NCBI GenBank assembly: GCA_947501695.1
Contig: CANMWO010000002.1
Span: 573,327 to 637,326, forward strand
Origin: an uncultured Sphingomonadaceae bacterium
GTDB lineage: Bacteria > Pseudomonadota > Alphaproteobacteria > Sphingomonadales > Sphingomonadaceae
Direction: 5' to 3'
DNA: 64,000 nt
Part shown: positions 46,599-56,654 of the stretch, piece by piece
Layout of the letters: every line of letters starts with the position of its first letter
How positions within the stretch are numbered: position 1 is the stretch's first letter
Notes under the pieces: model-generated
Database searches by the model: none
The model's input: only the letters and a program-made list of their open reading frames with translations
Told to the model about the DNA's origin: nothing
Translations under genes and position numbers: made by a program

Positions 46599-49100
46599 AT
46601 GACATCGCGCAAAGACGCTTTTAAGAATTCCGCCGTTTTTGGATTGGCCTTAACTGCATTGGTTGGCACACCCGCCTATGCGCAGGAAGCTGCCTCGGAA
46701 GAGGCGGCTCAAGAAGGTGGTCTGAACGTTATAGTCGTGACGGCGCAACGCCGCAAAGAAAGCGTGCAAGACATTCCCATAGCAATTTCTGCTTTCTCCG
46801 CGGAAGAACTAGAAACGCGCGGTGTGTCCAACGCACTGGAAGTAACCCAATTTGTTCCCAACCTTGTCGGCTTGAACAACACTGGACTTGGGACCGCCAA
46901 CTCCTATTATCTGCGAGGAATTGGGAATACCGAATCCATCGCAACTTTCGATCCGCCGATCGGTACCTATGTTGACGATATTTACATGTCGCGCCAAAAT
47001 GCCAATAATCTGTCTTTTTTCGATATTGAACGCTTGGAGGTGCTGCGCGGTCCGCAAGGAACATTGTTTGGCCGAAACACAACGGGTGGCGCAATCAATG
47101 TGATTTTGAAAGAACCAGGCGATGAATTCGCAGGCTATGTAGAAGCCGGGTATGGCAGCTATGAGCGCTATTTGGTGCGCGCATCGGTGGACGTGCCGCT
47201 CGCCGACAGTTTCGCTGTAAAACTATCCGGTTATTTCCAGGATGACGATGGATATGCTCAGAACACGACAACAGGTGAGCGCGTAAATGAAAATGATGGC
47301 TGGGGTGTAAGACTAGGGTTTCGTGGGGAGCTATCCGACAATGTTCGTTGGACAGGTTCTTATATGCACACTTATGCAGATTCCGGAAACATACTCAATT
47401 TTGAATGTGATCCCGCCAATCCATCCAATTGTGACGGCCGGTTCGTAACAACAGGGCTCACCAAAGGCGGCGACTTCAATGGTCTTTTGACAGGGCCTAA
47501 AAATAATTTTGGGTCTGGAAACGAAGTCTCTATGGACTTTATATCATCCAACCTTGAATTTGGCGTGGGTGATTTCACTGTAAACCTCATCACTGGTTTT
47601 GTTAGCCTAGATCAGGATTTTGCTCTGGATTTCGCAGATGGCCGCGGATTGCCGAGTACAAGTTCGCCAATCCCACCGGTTCTCGGATATACATTCGGTG
47701 GATTCACGATCGCCAATCAGGGTGATCACACGCAATTCACTCAGGAACTGAAATTCACAGGATCACTAGCTGACGGACTAATCGATCTTGTTGGTGGGGT
47801 ATATTATTTCCATGAAGAGAATACGACCGATTTCGGCGACATATTCACTTTACCTTTTGCACCGCCGCCCACTGGTTTTCCAATCGTTTTGGCTGATCGG
47901 ACAATTAAAAATAGCGCAGAAGCTTGGGCAGGTTACCTTCAGGGAGATCTAAACGTAACGGATGAGCTAACAATTACAGCCGGTATTCGTTACACGGACG
48001 AAGAAAAGTCGTTTGATATTCGCGACAACAGGGCATCGTGTAACGATGGAACCATCGAAGCGACCTGCGTTGATTCACAGAATTTGATCGCCACCAATGG
48101 TTTGGCGATCCCAGGCGACCAAAGCGTTGGTATTTGGACACCACGTTTTGCGATCAACTATGAAGCAACCGATGACCTTCTGCTCTTTGCTTCCGCGACA
48201 CGGGGCTTCAAATCTGGTGGCTGGAATGCTCGCGGAACCTCCGCAAGCGAACTGCTGCCATTTGGACCAGAAAAAGCGTGGAGTTATGAAGCTGGCTTCA
48301 AATCGGAATTTCTCGACAATAGGGTGCGCTTGAACGTCACCGCATTTTATCTGGATATTGCAGATCTCCAGACACCCTCGGCATTTATTCGGCCAAATGG
48401 TTCACTCGCCTTTATCACCCGAAATTTTGCAGATTATCGTAACAAGGGTATCGAAGTGGAGTTTAACACGGCACCGGTGGATGGATTGAACATTTTCGCG
48501 TCACTCGGGTATCAAGACGATAATTATCGGATAAACCGCAACGCGCCAGCTTTAGATGCGTTTGGCGTACAATCGGTAAATGCACAACAAGCGGCATGTC
48601 AGGCCCAATTAGCTACCGGTCAAATCCCGAACCTTTCGGGCGGTGACACTGCGGCTTCCTGTGGAGTCGGCATTGTTGCTCCTGATGGCAGTATCGCGGA
48701 ACCCGTCCGGACACCTGATTGGACAATTGCAATCGGCGGTAGCTACACAGCGGAATTTGGTGGCGGCTTCTCTCTCGTTCCGTCAATCAATGCAAACTGG
48801 CGCAGCAGCAGTGAAACCGGCACGAGCGAGGTCACGCTTTATGATCAACCGGTAACTGGACTTAGCGGAACAGTCTTCCCTTCCAACACTCTTGGCAATG
48901 GGAATGTGATCACGGGCTCTTTTTCCGATGATCGATGGATCGTTAATGCCGGCATCGCGCTTAAAAGCGATGCGGGTTGGTCGATCACCGCCGAATGCAA
49001 AAATTGTTTCGATCAGGAATCTGTAGAATCAACATTGGCAAACTATAGCTATCTTAATCCGCCACGTTCGTTCCTGATCAAAGGACGTTTTGATTTTTAA
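46599..49100 (+). CDS. TonB-dependent receptor
   Basis: Signal peptide, VIVVTAQRRKESVQDIPIAISAF, LEVLRGPQGTLFGRNTTGGAIN, C-terminal PPRSFLIKGRFDF; AGGGAG RBS. Confidence 0.95.
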   Translation: MTSRKDAFKNSAVFGLALTALVGTPAYAQEAASEEAAQEGGLNVIVVTAQRRKESVQDIPIAISAFSAEELETRGVSNALEVTQFVPNLVGLNNTGLGTANSYYLRGIGNTESIATFDPPIGTYVDDIYMSRQNANNLSFFDIERLEVLRGPQGTLFGRNTTGGAINVILKEPGDEFAGYVEAGYGSYERYLVRASVDVPLADSFAVKLSGYFQDDDGYAQNTTTGERVNENDGWGVRLGFRGELSDNVRWTGSYMHTYADSGNILNFECDPANPSNCDGRFVTTGLTKGGDFNGLLTGPKNNFGSGNEVSMDFISSNLEFGVGDFTVNLITGFVSLDQDFALDFADGRGLPSTSSPIPPVLGYTFGGFTIANQGDHTQFTQELKFTGSLADGLIDLVGGVYYFHEENTTDFGDIFTLPFAPPPTGFPIVLADRTIKNSAEAWAGYLQGDLNVTDELTITAGIRYTDEEKSFDIRDNRASCNDGTIEATCVDSQNLIATNGLAIPGDQSVGIWTPRFAINYEATDDLLLFASATRGFKSGGWNARGTSASELLPFGPEKAWSYEAGFKSEFLDNRVRLNVTAFYLDIADLQTPSAFIRPNGSLAFITRNFADYRNKGIEVEFNTAPVDGLNIFASLGYQDDNYRINRNAPALDAFGVQSVNAQQAACQAQLATGQIPNLSGGDTAASCGVGIVAPDGSIAEPVRTPDWTIAIGGSYTAEFGGGFSLVPSINANWRSSSETGTSEVTLYDQPVTGLSGTVFPSNTLGNGNVITGSFSDDRWIVNAGIALKSDAGWSITAECKNCFDQESVESTLANYSYLNPPRSFLIKGRFDF

Positions 49101-49193
49101 TTCCGGCAATATGTCTGATAACATTTAGGCTCCGATAGTCGGTAAAATGATATCTAGCTTGCCCTTTAATGTGGCGAGACAATCGCATAGACT

Positions 49194-49234
49194 AAGAGGG
49201 AAGACAGGCATTTGATCGCCTGCCTTCCCTTTTT
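49194..49234 (+). terminator. intrinsic terminator downstream of TonB receptor
   Basis: aagagggaagacaggc-atttgatc-gcctgccttccc-ttttt. Confidence 0.72.
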
Positions 49235-49272
49235 AAGACTTTTGATAGCGCTACAACTGAAAGGCGTTATAG

Positions 49273-49284
49273 TTGTCCGGACAA
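49273..49284. promoter_or_regulatory. operator site 9 (TTGTCCGGACAA)
   Basis: Exact palindrome 22 bp upstream of the MFS ATG at the head of a 6-gene operon. Confidence 0.85.
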
Positions 49285-49306
49285 CTTTTCGAATCACAGA
49301 GGGTGC

Positions 49307-50599
49307 ATGACAGATCAGAACACGAGCAGTAACGAGTTTGCCATGGGCTGGAAGGTCCTGCTCGCCGGCGTTCTCGGCGTGGCCTGTGGAGCGTCACCGA
49401 TACCGTTTAACGTCATCGGTTTTACCGTCGAACCACTGATCGAAGAATTTGGCTGGACCCGCACCCAGATATTGTTTCCAATAACGATTTTCGGAATTAT
49501 TGCATCTTTACTGGCACCGTTTTTCGGGTCGCTGGCGGATAAATATGGCGTCCGGAAAGTCGCACTCTATTCGCTGCTGGCCTTTGGTCTGTCCTTCGCA
49601 GCGATTTCCTTCACGCCGACGGCTCAGGTAACATCGACACTCTATATCTACTATGCCCTATGGGTCGTCGTTGGCTTGATTGGCATTGGTTCCACGCCGG
49701 TTAGCTGGAGCCGGGCGATCAACCTATGGTTCTATAAAAATCGCGGACTGGCACTGGGCATATTACTTTTAGGTACTAGTCTAGCGGCCATTGCCGTTCC
49801 AAAGCTAGCTGTATGGGGTATCGAAAATTACGGCTGGCGGGCCATGTTTGCCATTGTCGCTGCGCTGCCGATATTCGTAGCCTTGCCACTTGGTTATTTT
49901 CTGTTTCGCGAACCGCGACCAGAGGAACGGCCCAAAGCGATATTGAGCGACAGCGGCAATCTCACGGGTGTAAACCTTGGCACAGCCCTCAAAGACTATC
50001 GTTTCTGGCTCATCTGGGTGTCGATTGCCATCATCGCCACGGCCTTTGGCGGCGCGTTCATAAATTTGCCGACCATGCTTAGCGATCGTGGATTGAATGC
50101 GCAGACAGCAGCTTCGGTCATGGGCGTACTGGGCATCGGTATATTTTCCGGGCGTATCATCACCGGCGCGCTATTGGATCGGTTTTGGCAAGGGGTGGTG
50201 GCTTTTCCCTTGCTCTGCTTGCCAGCAATCTCCTGCTATCTCCTACTCGGTGACAGCATCACTTTTCCAATGGCAGCGCTAGCCGGCTTCCTGCTAGGCT
50301 TTGCTGCCGGAGCGGAAAGCGATCTGATCGCTTATCTCACCGGCCGCTATTTCGGCATGGCCAACTACGGAAAAATCTACGGCATGCTTTACATGCCTTT
50401 TGGTTTTTTCTCGGCATTGTCGCCAATTATATACGCCAGCGTACGCGATAACATGGGCAGCTATGATCCGATCCTGAGCGTCGCCATCTTTGCCTTTGTT
50501 ATCGGCGGTGGCTTACTCTTATTCCTTGGGCGCTATCCAGATAGCTTCCCAGAAACCGACCCTTCCCCCACGAGTAAACTTGCAATGGAGCAAAGCTGA
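49307..50599 (+). CDS. MFS transporter
   Basis: GSLADKYGVRKV, WF.KNRGLALG, GALLDRF, RYFG..NYGKIYG; 12 TM pattern. Confidence 0.92.
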   Translation: MTDQNTSSNEFAMGWKVLLAGVLGVACGASPIPFNVIGFTVEPLIEEFGWTRTQILFPITIFGIIASLLAPFFGSLADKYGVRKVALYSLLAFGLSFAAISFTPTAQVTSTLYIYYALWVVVGLIGIGSTPVSWSRAINLWFYKNRGLALGILLLGTSLAAIAVPKLAVWGIENYGWRAMFAIVAALPIFVALPLGYFLFREPRPEERPKAILSDSGNLTGVNLGTALKDYRFWLIWVSIAIIATAFGGAFINLPTMLSDRGLNAQTAASVMGVLGIGIFSGRIITGALLDRFWQGVVAFPLLCLPAISCYLLLGDSITFPMAALAGFLLGFAAGAESDLIAYLTGRYFGMANYGKIYGMLYMPFGFFSALSPIIYASVRDNMGSYDPILSVAIFAFVIGGGLLLFLGRYPDSFPETDPSPTSKLAMEQS

Positions 50600-52149
50600 T
50601 GGCCACAAAAGCCAATCCCACCGCTGCCCAATATATCGCTGATACCGGTGCAGAGATACTGACCGATAGCGAGACACTGAATTTCTATGCGCATGACGTG
50701 TATCAGCGTGGCGCCGATCTGCTGGCTGTCGTGCGCCCGAAAGATAAGAATGAACTGTCCGCCGCAATTGCAGCAACCACAGCGCAGAATATTCCGGTCA
50801 TCCCTCGTGGCGGCGGCATGAGCTATACCGGCGGCTACACGACGACCAAGGCTGGGGCGGTGTTGTTTGATCTGGCCGCGATGGACCGGATATTAGAGAT
50901 TAACGAGACCGACATGACGGTCACGGTAGAAGCAGGCTGCACTTGGGCGAAGCTTTATGAAACGCTTGCGGCCAAGGGATTACGCACACCATTTTGGGGC
51001 ACCTTGTCAGGTCTGAAAGCATCCATCGGCGGCGGCATGAGCCAGAACTGCCTGTTCTGGGGATCGGGTCGTTATGGTACGGCAGCGCAAAGCTGCATTG
51101 CTATGGAAGTCGTGCTGGCCGATGGCACTATCCTTAAAACAGGCGCAAATTTCACGCGGCCTTATGGGCCTGATCTGACGGGTTTGTTTCTGGCTGATAC
51201 CGGCGCACTAGGCATGAAAGCGACCATCACCCTGCGTCTGATCCCCGAAGCCGAGGCACATGCATATGCCAGCTTCACTTTTGAAAATCACCAGGACATA
51301 TTGGCGGCAATGGGCGCGATTGAACGGTCCGGTGTCTCCACGGAATGTTTCGGGTTCGACCCCAGTCTTAATGCCCTGCGGATGAAGCGCGATAGTCTGG
51401 GCAGCGATGCCAAGGCGCTGGGCCAGATGATGAAGAAACAAGGCTCGGTCTGGGGCGCAATCAAGGAAGGTGCAAAAGTTGTCGCGGCGGGCCGTGATTT
51501 CATGGACGAAGCGAAGTTCTCGTTGCATGTGCTGACCGAAGCACGAATACAGGCAGCGGCGGATGATGATCTGGAGCGCGCGCGCAAGCTGGCTTTGGAT
51601 AACGGTGCGACCGAGACTGAAAACACCATTCCCAAAATCATCCGCGCCAATCCATTCGGGCCGTTGAATAGCATGCTGGGGCCACAAGGCGAACGCTGGG
51701 CTCCGGTTCATGGCCTGCTGCCGCATAGCCGCGCATTGGCATGCTATGATGCGATCCTCGCGTTGTTTGAAGAGCATAGCGAAGAAATGGATCGCCATGG
51801 CATTTTTACCGGCACGCTTGTATCAGCGGTCAGCGGCTCGGGCGCGATTATCGAACCGTGCCTCTATTGGCCCGATGCTTCAAATCCGGTCCACGAGGCA
51901 ACGATCGAGCCTTCCCATTTTGCGAAACTACCGACATTGGAAAGCAATGCAGACGCCTGGGCATTTACCCAGAAACTGAAGCAAGCGCTTGTCGACCTGT
52001 TCCACGATCAGGGCGCGGCGCATTTGCAGATAGCAAAAACATATCGCTATCGCGACAGTCTAGATCCTGCTGCCGATACTCTGTTGCAAGATTTGAAAAA
52101 AGCCGTTGACCCAAAGGGCCTTATGAATCCGGGATCACTGGGTTTATAG
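50599..52149 (+). CDS. FAD-binding oxidoreductase (VAO/PCMH family, D-lactate dehydrogenase-like)
   Basis: IPRGGGMSYTGG, VTVEAG, SIGGG, GPDLTGLFLADTGALG, DPKGLMNPG. Confidence 0.88.
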   Translation: MATKANPTAAQYIADTGAEILTDSETLNFYAHDVYQRGADLLAVVRPKDKNELSAAIAATTAQNIPVIPRGGGMSYTGGYTTTKAGAVLFDLAAMDRILEINETDMTVTVEAGCTWAKLYETLAAKGLRTPFWGTLSGLKASIGGGMSQNCLFWGSGRYGTAAQSCIAMEVVLADGTILKTGANFTRPYGPDLTGLFLADTGALGMKATITLRLIPEAEAHAYASFTFENHQDILAAMGAIERSGVSTECFGFDPSLNALRMKRDSLGSDAKALGQMMKKQGSVWGAIKEGAKVVAAGRDFMDEAKFSLHVLTEARIQAAADDDLERARKLALDNGATETENTIPKIIRANPFGPLNSMLGPQGERWAPVHGLLPHSRALACYDAILALFEEHSEEMDRHGIFTGTLVSAVSGSGAIIEPCLYWPDASNPVHEATIEPSHFAKLPTLESNADAWAFTQKLKQALVDLFHDQGAAHLQIAKTYRYRDSLDPAADTLLQDLKKAVDPKGLMNPGSLGL

Positions 52150-52155
52150 AGCGGG

Positions 52156-53310
52156 ATGGATTTTGACCGCAGACAGATGATGGCCGCGGCGCTTTGCGCC
52201 ACTGTCACGCCGCCTGTTTTTGCCGCGACCGGAAAGAGTGATAAAGACAAAACTATGACCGAAACTAAAAACTACGCCGCCGTCGCGATGCAATTGGCCG
52301 CGCGATCGATCGAAAAGACACCGGATAAAGCGGCGGCCCGCGCACAGATGTTGGCAATGATTGGTGAGGTTGAAACCAAAATCCGTTCAGCCACCATTTT
52401 CATCCAGCAATATGGCGGCAGTCCAGTCAAATTGGTGGTGCTTCCAGAATATTTGCTGACTAGCTATCCTGGACGCATTTCCATTCCGGATTTTGCGGAC
52501 AAGGCCGCGCTGGAAGCCGATGGACCAGAATATGAAGCCCTTGGCGCGATGGCCCAGCGGCTGAAAATGTTCGTTGCAGGCAATGCCTATGAGGTAGACA
52601 GCAATTTCCCCGGCCTCTATTTTCAGGCGAGCTTCGTCATCGCGCCTTCCGGTGATGTGGTACTGCGCTATCGTCGGCTCAATTCCATGTTCGCGCCCAC
52701 ACCCCATGATGTGTGGACAAAATATCTCGACATCTATGGGCTAGACGGTGTCTTCCCAGTAGCCAAAACAGAGATCGGCAACCTCTCGGCCATTGCGTCA
52801 GAAGAAATACTCTATCCCGAAATCGCGCGCGCGCATGCGCTGCGCGGAGCAGAGGTTTTCGTGCATAGTTCTTCGGAAATCGGATCACCGCTGGATACAC
52901 CCAAAGATATCGGCAAGCGTGCTCGGGCACAGGAAAACATGGCCTATGTCGTGTCCGCCAATACCGCTGGCATTGAAAACACCACGTTGCCGCTGGCCTC
53001 GGCTGACGGCAACAGCATGATAGTGGATTATAAAGGCCGAGTAATGGCTGAATCGAACAGCGGAGAGACGTTTACCGCTTTTGCCGATATTGACATTGGT
53101 GCTCTGCGCGCCGCCCGCCGTAAACCGGCCATGACCAATTTTCTCGCGCGCCAGCGGCTGGATCTGTTCGCTGCGACCTATAGCGATTTATCCGTACAAA
53201 AAGCCGATGGTTTGATCGAGAACAATGACATCATCTCTCCGAACCGCGACTATTTTCTCCGTACCCAGGAAGAAACGATCGAACGGATGATAAAGGAGGG
53301 TTTGATATGA
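52156..53310 (+). CDS. nitrilase/carbon-nitrogen hydrolase-fold protein with altered triad, twin-Arg-like N-terminus
   Basis: VVLPEY, LRYRRL, IASEEILYPE..R..ALRGAEV, GNSMIVDYKG; DRRQMMAAAL signal. Confidence 0.82.
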   Translation: MDFDRRQMMAAALCATVTPPVFAATGKSDKDKTMTETKNYAAVAMQLAARSIEKTPDKAAARAQMLAMIGEVETKIRSATIFIQQYGGSPVKLVVLPEYLLTSYPGRISIPDFADKAALEADGPEYEALGAMAQRLKMFVAGNAYEVDSNFPGLYFQASFVIAPSGDVVLRYRRLNSMFAPTPHDVWTKYLDIYGLDGVFPVAKTEIGNLSAIASEEILYPEIARAHALRGAEVFVHSSSEIGSPLDTPKDIGKRARAQENMAYVVSANTAGIENTTLPLASADGNSMIVDYKGRVMAESNSGETFTAFADIDIGALRAARRKPAMTNFLARQRLDLFAATYSDLSVQKADGLIENNDIISPNRDYFLRTQEETIERMIKEGLI

Positions 53311-54551
53311 GCACGAAAACCTCGACTGACCAGAAACTGGACGTAGCGCCCCCTTATAATGCGGTGGCCCGGCACGGTGTATCGCCACAGCCGTCCCATG
53401 ACGAAGTGGCGCGCTTTGATTTCCTCGCCAATTTCAACAAATTTCTCTCCGGCGCGCTCGGGCCCGGCAACAAACTTACTTATGACAAGCGCGTACAACC
53501 TGCTTTCGAGAAAGAACATGGCCGCGCACCCAAGGACCGGTTCGAAATCCGCCACGCAATGAACAATGATCCGTTCCACACATTCTGGTCAGCCCTGAAA
53601 CGCAATTCGATGGAAATGCGCCAGCAAAATGGTCGCGCGATGGTGTTGCGCCAGATTGACGAGCTTAGCGCCAAGGCACGCCAGTATAATGAAGGCCGTG
53701 ACACGCTGGAACTAAATCCAGAAATCGAAGTCCCACGCTATCAAAACGCCGTCGACATACATTGCATGCCCGGTAGCTATCATGGCGAAGAATTGGCTGG
53801 CGATGTGTCAGCCGGCGCCAATTATGACTGCGGAATATTCGCAACAACGGCAGGAGGCCTTGGCGCTCTATCCGATGGCGGCGGCGCAGCCTTGGTGGAA
53901 TGGATCAAGCAGCAGCGCCCCGGATGGGAACCGTGCCGCGTTCTCGACATCGGCACTACAGTTGGTCACAACATCGTGCCGCTGGCACTGGCTTTTCCCA
54001 ATTGCGAGTTTATCGCCATCGACACAGCGGCCCCGATTTTGCGCTATGCCCATGCCCGGGCGCAGTCGCTCGGCGCAACCAATATCAAGTTTATTCAGGC
54101 CAATGCTGAGGATCTATCTCGCTGGGAAGACGGCACGTTTGACTGGGTTCAAACTACGATGTTCCTGCATGAGACAAGCGGCAAAGCGCTACCAAAAATC
54201 ATCGCTGAGGGCTATCGTGTGCTGGCCGATGATGGCCTGATGTTCCATCTTGAACAGCCGGAATATTCCGATGAAATGCCGCTCTATGAGCAATTTATCC
54301 GCGATTGGGATGCGTTTAACAACAACGAGCCATTCTGGTCCTCGATGCATGCGCTCGACATGAAAACCGTCATGAACGAAGCCGGCTTTGCGGCAAATGA
54401 GCTGTTTGAAAGCGGTGTCCGCGCCGTAGTCGATACGGATATCTTCCCCGAAGCCGCTACCGGCGATGACGAAGATCATGGCCGAGCAGCCTATTGGCAT
54501 GCTTATGGAGCCTGGAAAAATAGCGATCAGATGCAGGAAGCAGCGGAGTAG
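53307..54551 (+). CDS. class I SAM-dependent methyltransferase-fold protein
   Basis: VLDIGTTVGH, IDTAA.ILRYA, FDWVQTTMFLHE, large N-terminal extension with HCMPGSY. Confidence 0.82.
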   Translation: MSTKTSTDQKLDVAPPYNAVARHGVSPQPSHDEVARFDFLANFNKFLSGALGPGNKLTYDKRVQPAFEKEHGRAPKDRFEIRHAMNNDPFHTFWSALKRNSMEMRQQNGRAMVLRQIDELSAKARQYNEGRDTLELNPEIEVPRYQNAVDIHCMPGSYHGEELAGDVSAGANYDCGIFATTAGGLGALSDGGGAALVEWIKQQRPGWEPCRVLDIGTTVGHNIVPLALAFPNCEFIAIDTAAPILRYAHARAQSLGATNIKFIQANAEDLSRWEDGTFDWVQTTMFLHETSGKALPKIIAEGYRVLADDGLMFHLEQPEYSDEMPLYEQFIRDWDAFNNNEPFWSSMHALDMKTVMNEAGFAANELFESGVRAVVDTDIFPEAATGDDEDHGRAAYWHAYGAWKNSDQMQEAAE

Positions 54552-54554
54552 GAC

Positions 54555-54917
54555 ATGACAGAAGAAGTTTTCGACTGGATGGCAGCGGCCAATAAAAAAG
54601 CCAAAGGCAAACGACCAGAATATTTTGATGATCCCGAAGACGAACGGATGCTGTCGATCTTGATGGCCGTCGTCGGAGAAGTATCAGTGCTGCGCGAGCG
54701 CATGGATACCGTCGAACGCCTGCTCGATGCCAACGGTACGATCTCGCGTAACGATATTGAAAATTACGCGCCGGATAAACAAGCCGCATATGAGCGCGGT
54801 GCGATGATCCGCGAATATATATACCGCGTTATGCGCGGCCCGCATCAAATGGTGCAGGAACTGGAGCAAGTCGAGCCACCGGTTGAAGAGGTGAGCCGCG
54901 AACTCAAGGACATTTAA
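54555..54917 (+). CDS. small helical hypothetical protein (partner of methyltransferase)
   Basis: RPEYFDDPEDERMLSILMAVVGEVSVLRERMDTVERLL; homologous to 56651..56932. Confidence 0.75.
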   Translation: MTEEVFDWMAAANKKAKGKRPEYFDDPEDERMLSILMAVVGEVSVLRERMDTVERLLDANGTISRNDIENYAPDKQAAYERGAMIREYIYRVMRGPHQMVQELEQVEPPVEEVSRELKDI

Positions 54918-55645
54918 TGCAACACCGTATTATCGAAGGTCGTCTGGAATATACGTCACGCAAACCAGAAATGGCTGGGCAGAATCGCGGTTTTGAAACC
55001 TTCATGTTTACACATCATCACGACGGCAAAGTGACGATGCGCGCGCATTGCGAGATATATGAGCCAGAACCGACGGTAATGCGGGACATTATCTACGCAA
55101 TTGATGAAGACAATCAACCGATGGACTGTCATGTCCGGCTGACAGTCGGCGACAGCTTCATGGGTTCTGGTTGGATGCGGTTTGACGGAACGCATATCGA
55201 AATGGAATCCTATGGACCATCGATCGGACGTCTGTCCCAACGCGTAGAAGCGCAATTACCACTGGATGGTTTTGGCACGCACCCGATTGTCTCGGACGGT
55301 TATATGCTATCGACCAAGGACTGGGACAAAGACACAAAGCGCCTGCTCAATTGTTACCTGCCCTCCCCCGATCATCGCGGTGCCACGCCGCCGCAGATCG
55401 CTCAGGTAAAAATTGGAGCGGTCTATCTGGGAAAAGAGGAAGTAACCGTGAAAGCGGGAACCTTTCAATGCCAACATCTTCAATTTGTTGACGATGCCAG
55501 CATCGTTCCGGGGACCGGTGGCATGGCTGGCGAACATCCCGCCTATGATGTCTGGATCACCGATGACGAAGACGGCATATTTGTGCAGGGCGGCGTCGGT
55601 GGTTACATGATGACCTGGTACGAGCTGGTCGAACTTAAACGGTAA
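54917..55645 (+). CDS. hypothetical beta-rich protein
   Basis: 242 aa ORF coupled (TAATG) to the upstream gene; no family recognised. Confidence 0.68.
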   Translation: MQHRIIEGRLEYTSRKPEMAGQNRGFETFMFTHHHDGKVTMRAHCEIYEPEPTVMRDIIYAIDEDNQPMDCHVRLTVGDSFMGSGWMRFDGTHIEMESYGPSIGRLSQRVEAQLPLDGFGTHPIVSDGYMLSTKDWDKDTKRLLNCYLPSPDHRGATPPQIAQVKIGAVYLGKEEVTVKAGTFQCQHLQFVDDASIVPGTGGMAGEHPAYDVWITDDEDGIFVQGGVGGYMMTWYELVELKR

Positions 55646-56654
55646 TCATGATCTTGCCCATATGGGCACCGTTCTCCAGATGGGTGAACGCTGCGGGCGC
55701 ATCGCCAAAATCAAACACACTTTCGACCAGAAGTTCGATGTTGTTTTGGGCAACCACATCCAGCGCCTGCTGCAGCATTTGACGATCCCCGGACGCAATA
55801 CCCTTGATCGTTATATTCTTGCCTATCAGTGCGCCTTGACTGGCGCTGGATTGGTCCTGGGGTGTTCCTGAAAGCGCTCCAAGCGATCCAATGCGGGCAT
55901 TGACAGCGCAGGCCGCCACTGTCTCGCCCATCGCTGGAAATCCCAGCGTATCGACTACCACATCTGCGCCGCGACCACCTGTGGCTTCGAGCAACGCTGC
56001 GGCCCAATCGGGCCTGTCGCGATAATTTATGCCGAAATCAGCGCCCATTTCCTTTGCGCGAGAGAGTTTTTCGTCACTGGATGACGTGATAGCAAAATCC
56101 ATTCCCATCGCCTTCGCCAACTGCAGGGTAAATATCGATACACCGCCGGTTCCTTGCGCGAGTACAAGATTACCCGGTTTGGCATCTCCAAACGACATCA
56201 TGGCGTGCCAGACCGTGCTGCCAACGACGGAGAAGGTTGCCGCGCTGCTATCACTGACATTTTCAGGCACTATGATAGCGGCATTGGCCGGCAAAATAAT
56301 TTTCTCAGCCAGCCAGCCATTGGCCGTCACGCCAAGGTCCTTGCCAAATACCGCAAAGCTATAAGCGCCATCCAGCCAGGTCGCGAAATGTGGTGCCATA
56401 ATGCGCATGCCAACGTCCAGTCCCGAAACATCTGCACCGACAGCTTCAATCACACCGACGCCATCAGATAAAGGCACCCGATCTTCAGGCAAGTCCGTGC
56501 CATAATCGCCGCGCAGCACCATCAGGTCACGATAGTTGAGACCGGCTGCCGAGACCTTAATCAGAATTTCTCCGGGACCAGGCTCCGGTTCGGGATGATC
56601 TACTAGCTGCAGTCCGCCAATGCCGGTCCGTGAACCCATTTGCCATGCCTTCAT
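55635..56654 (-). CDS. zinc-type alcohol dehydrogenase-like MDR oxidoreductase
   Basis: LNYRDL, PLSDGVG, QGTGGVSIF.LQLAKA, TSSSDEKL, HMGKIMI. Confidence 0.9.
   Translation of the reverse strand: MKAWQMGSRTGIGGLQLVDHPEPEPGPGEILIKVSAAGLNYRDLMVLRGDYGTDLPEDRVPLSDGVGVIEAVGADVSGLDVGMRIMAPHFATWLDGAYSFAVFGKDLGVTANGWLAEKIILPANAAIIVPENVSDSSAATFSVVGSTVWHAMMSFGDAKPGNLVLAQGTGGVSIFTLQLAKAMGMDFAITSSSDEKLSRAKEMGADFGINYRDRPDWAAALLEATGGRGADVVVDTLGFPAMGETVAACAVNARIGSLGALSGTPQDQSSASQGALIGKNITIKGIASGDRQMLQQALDVVAQNNIELLVESVFDFGDAPAAFTHLENGAHMGKIMITV

Noticed and set aside
49171-49182. GTGGCGAGACAA possible extra operator downstream of TonB receptor 2
   Set aside because: Four mismatches to consensus and located before the terminator; only a half-site.
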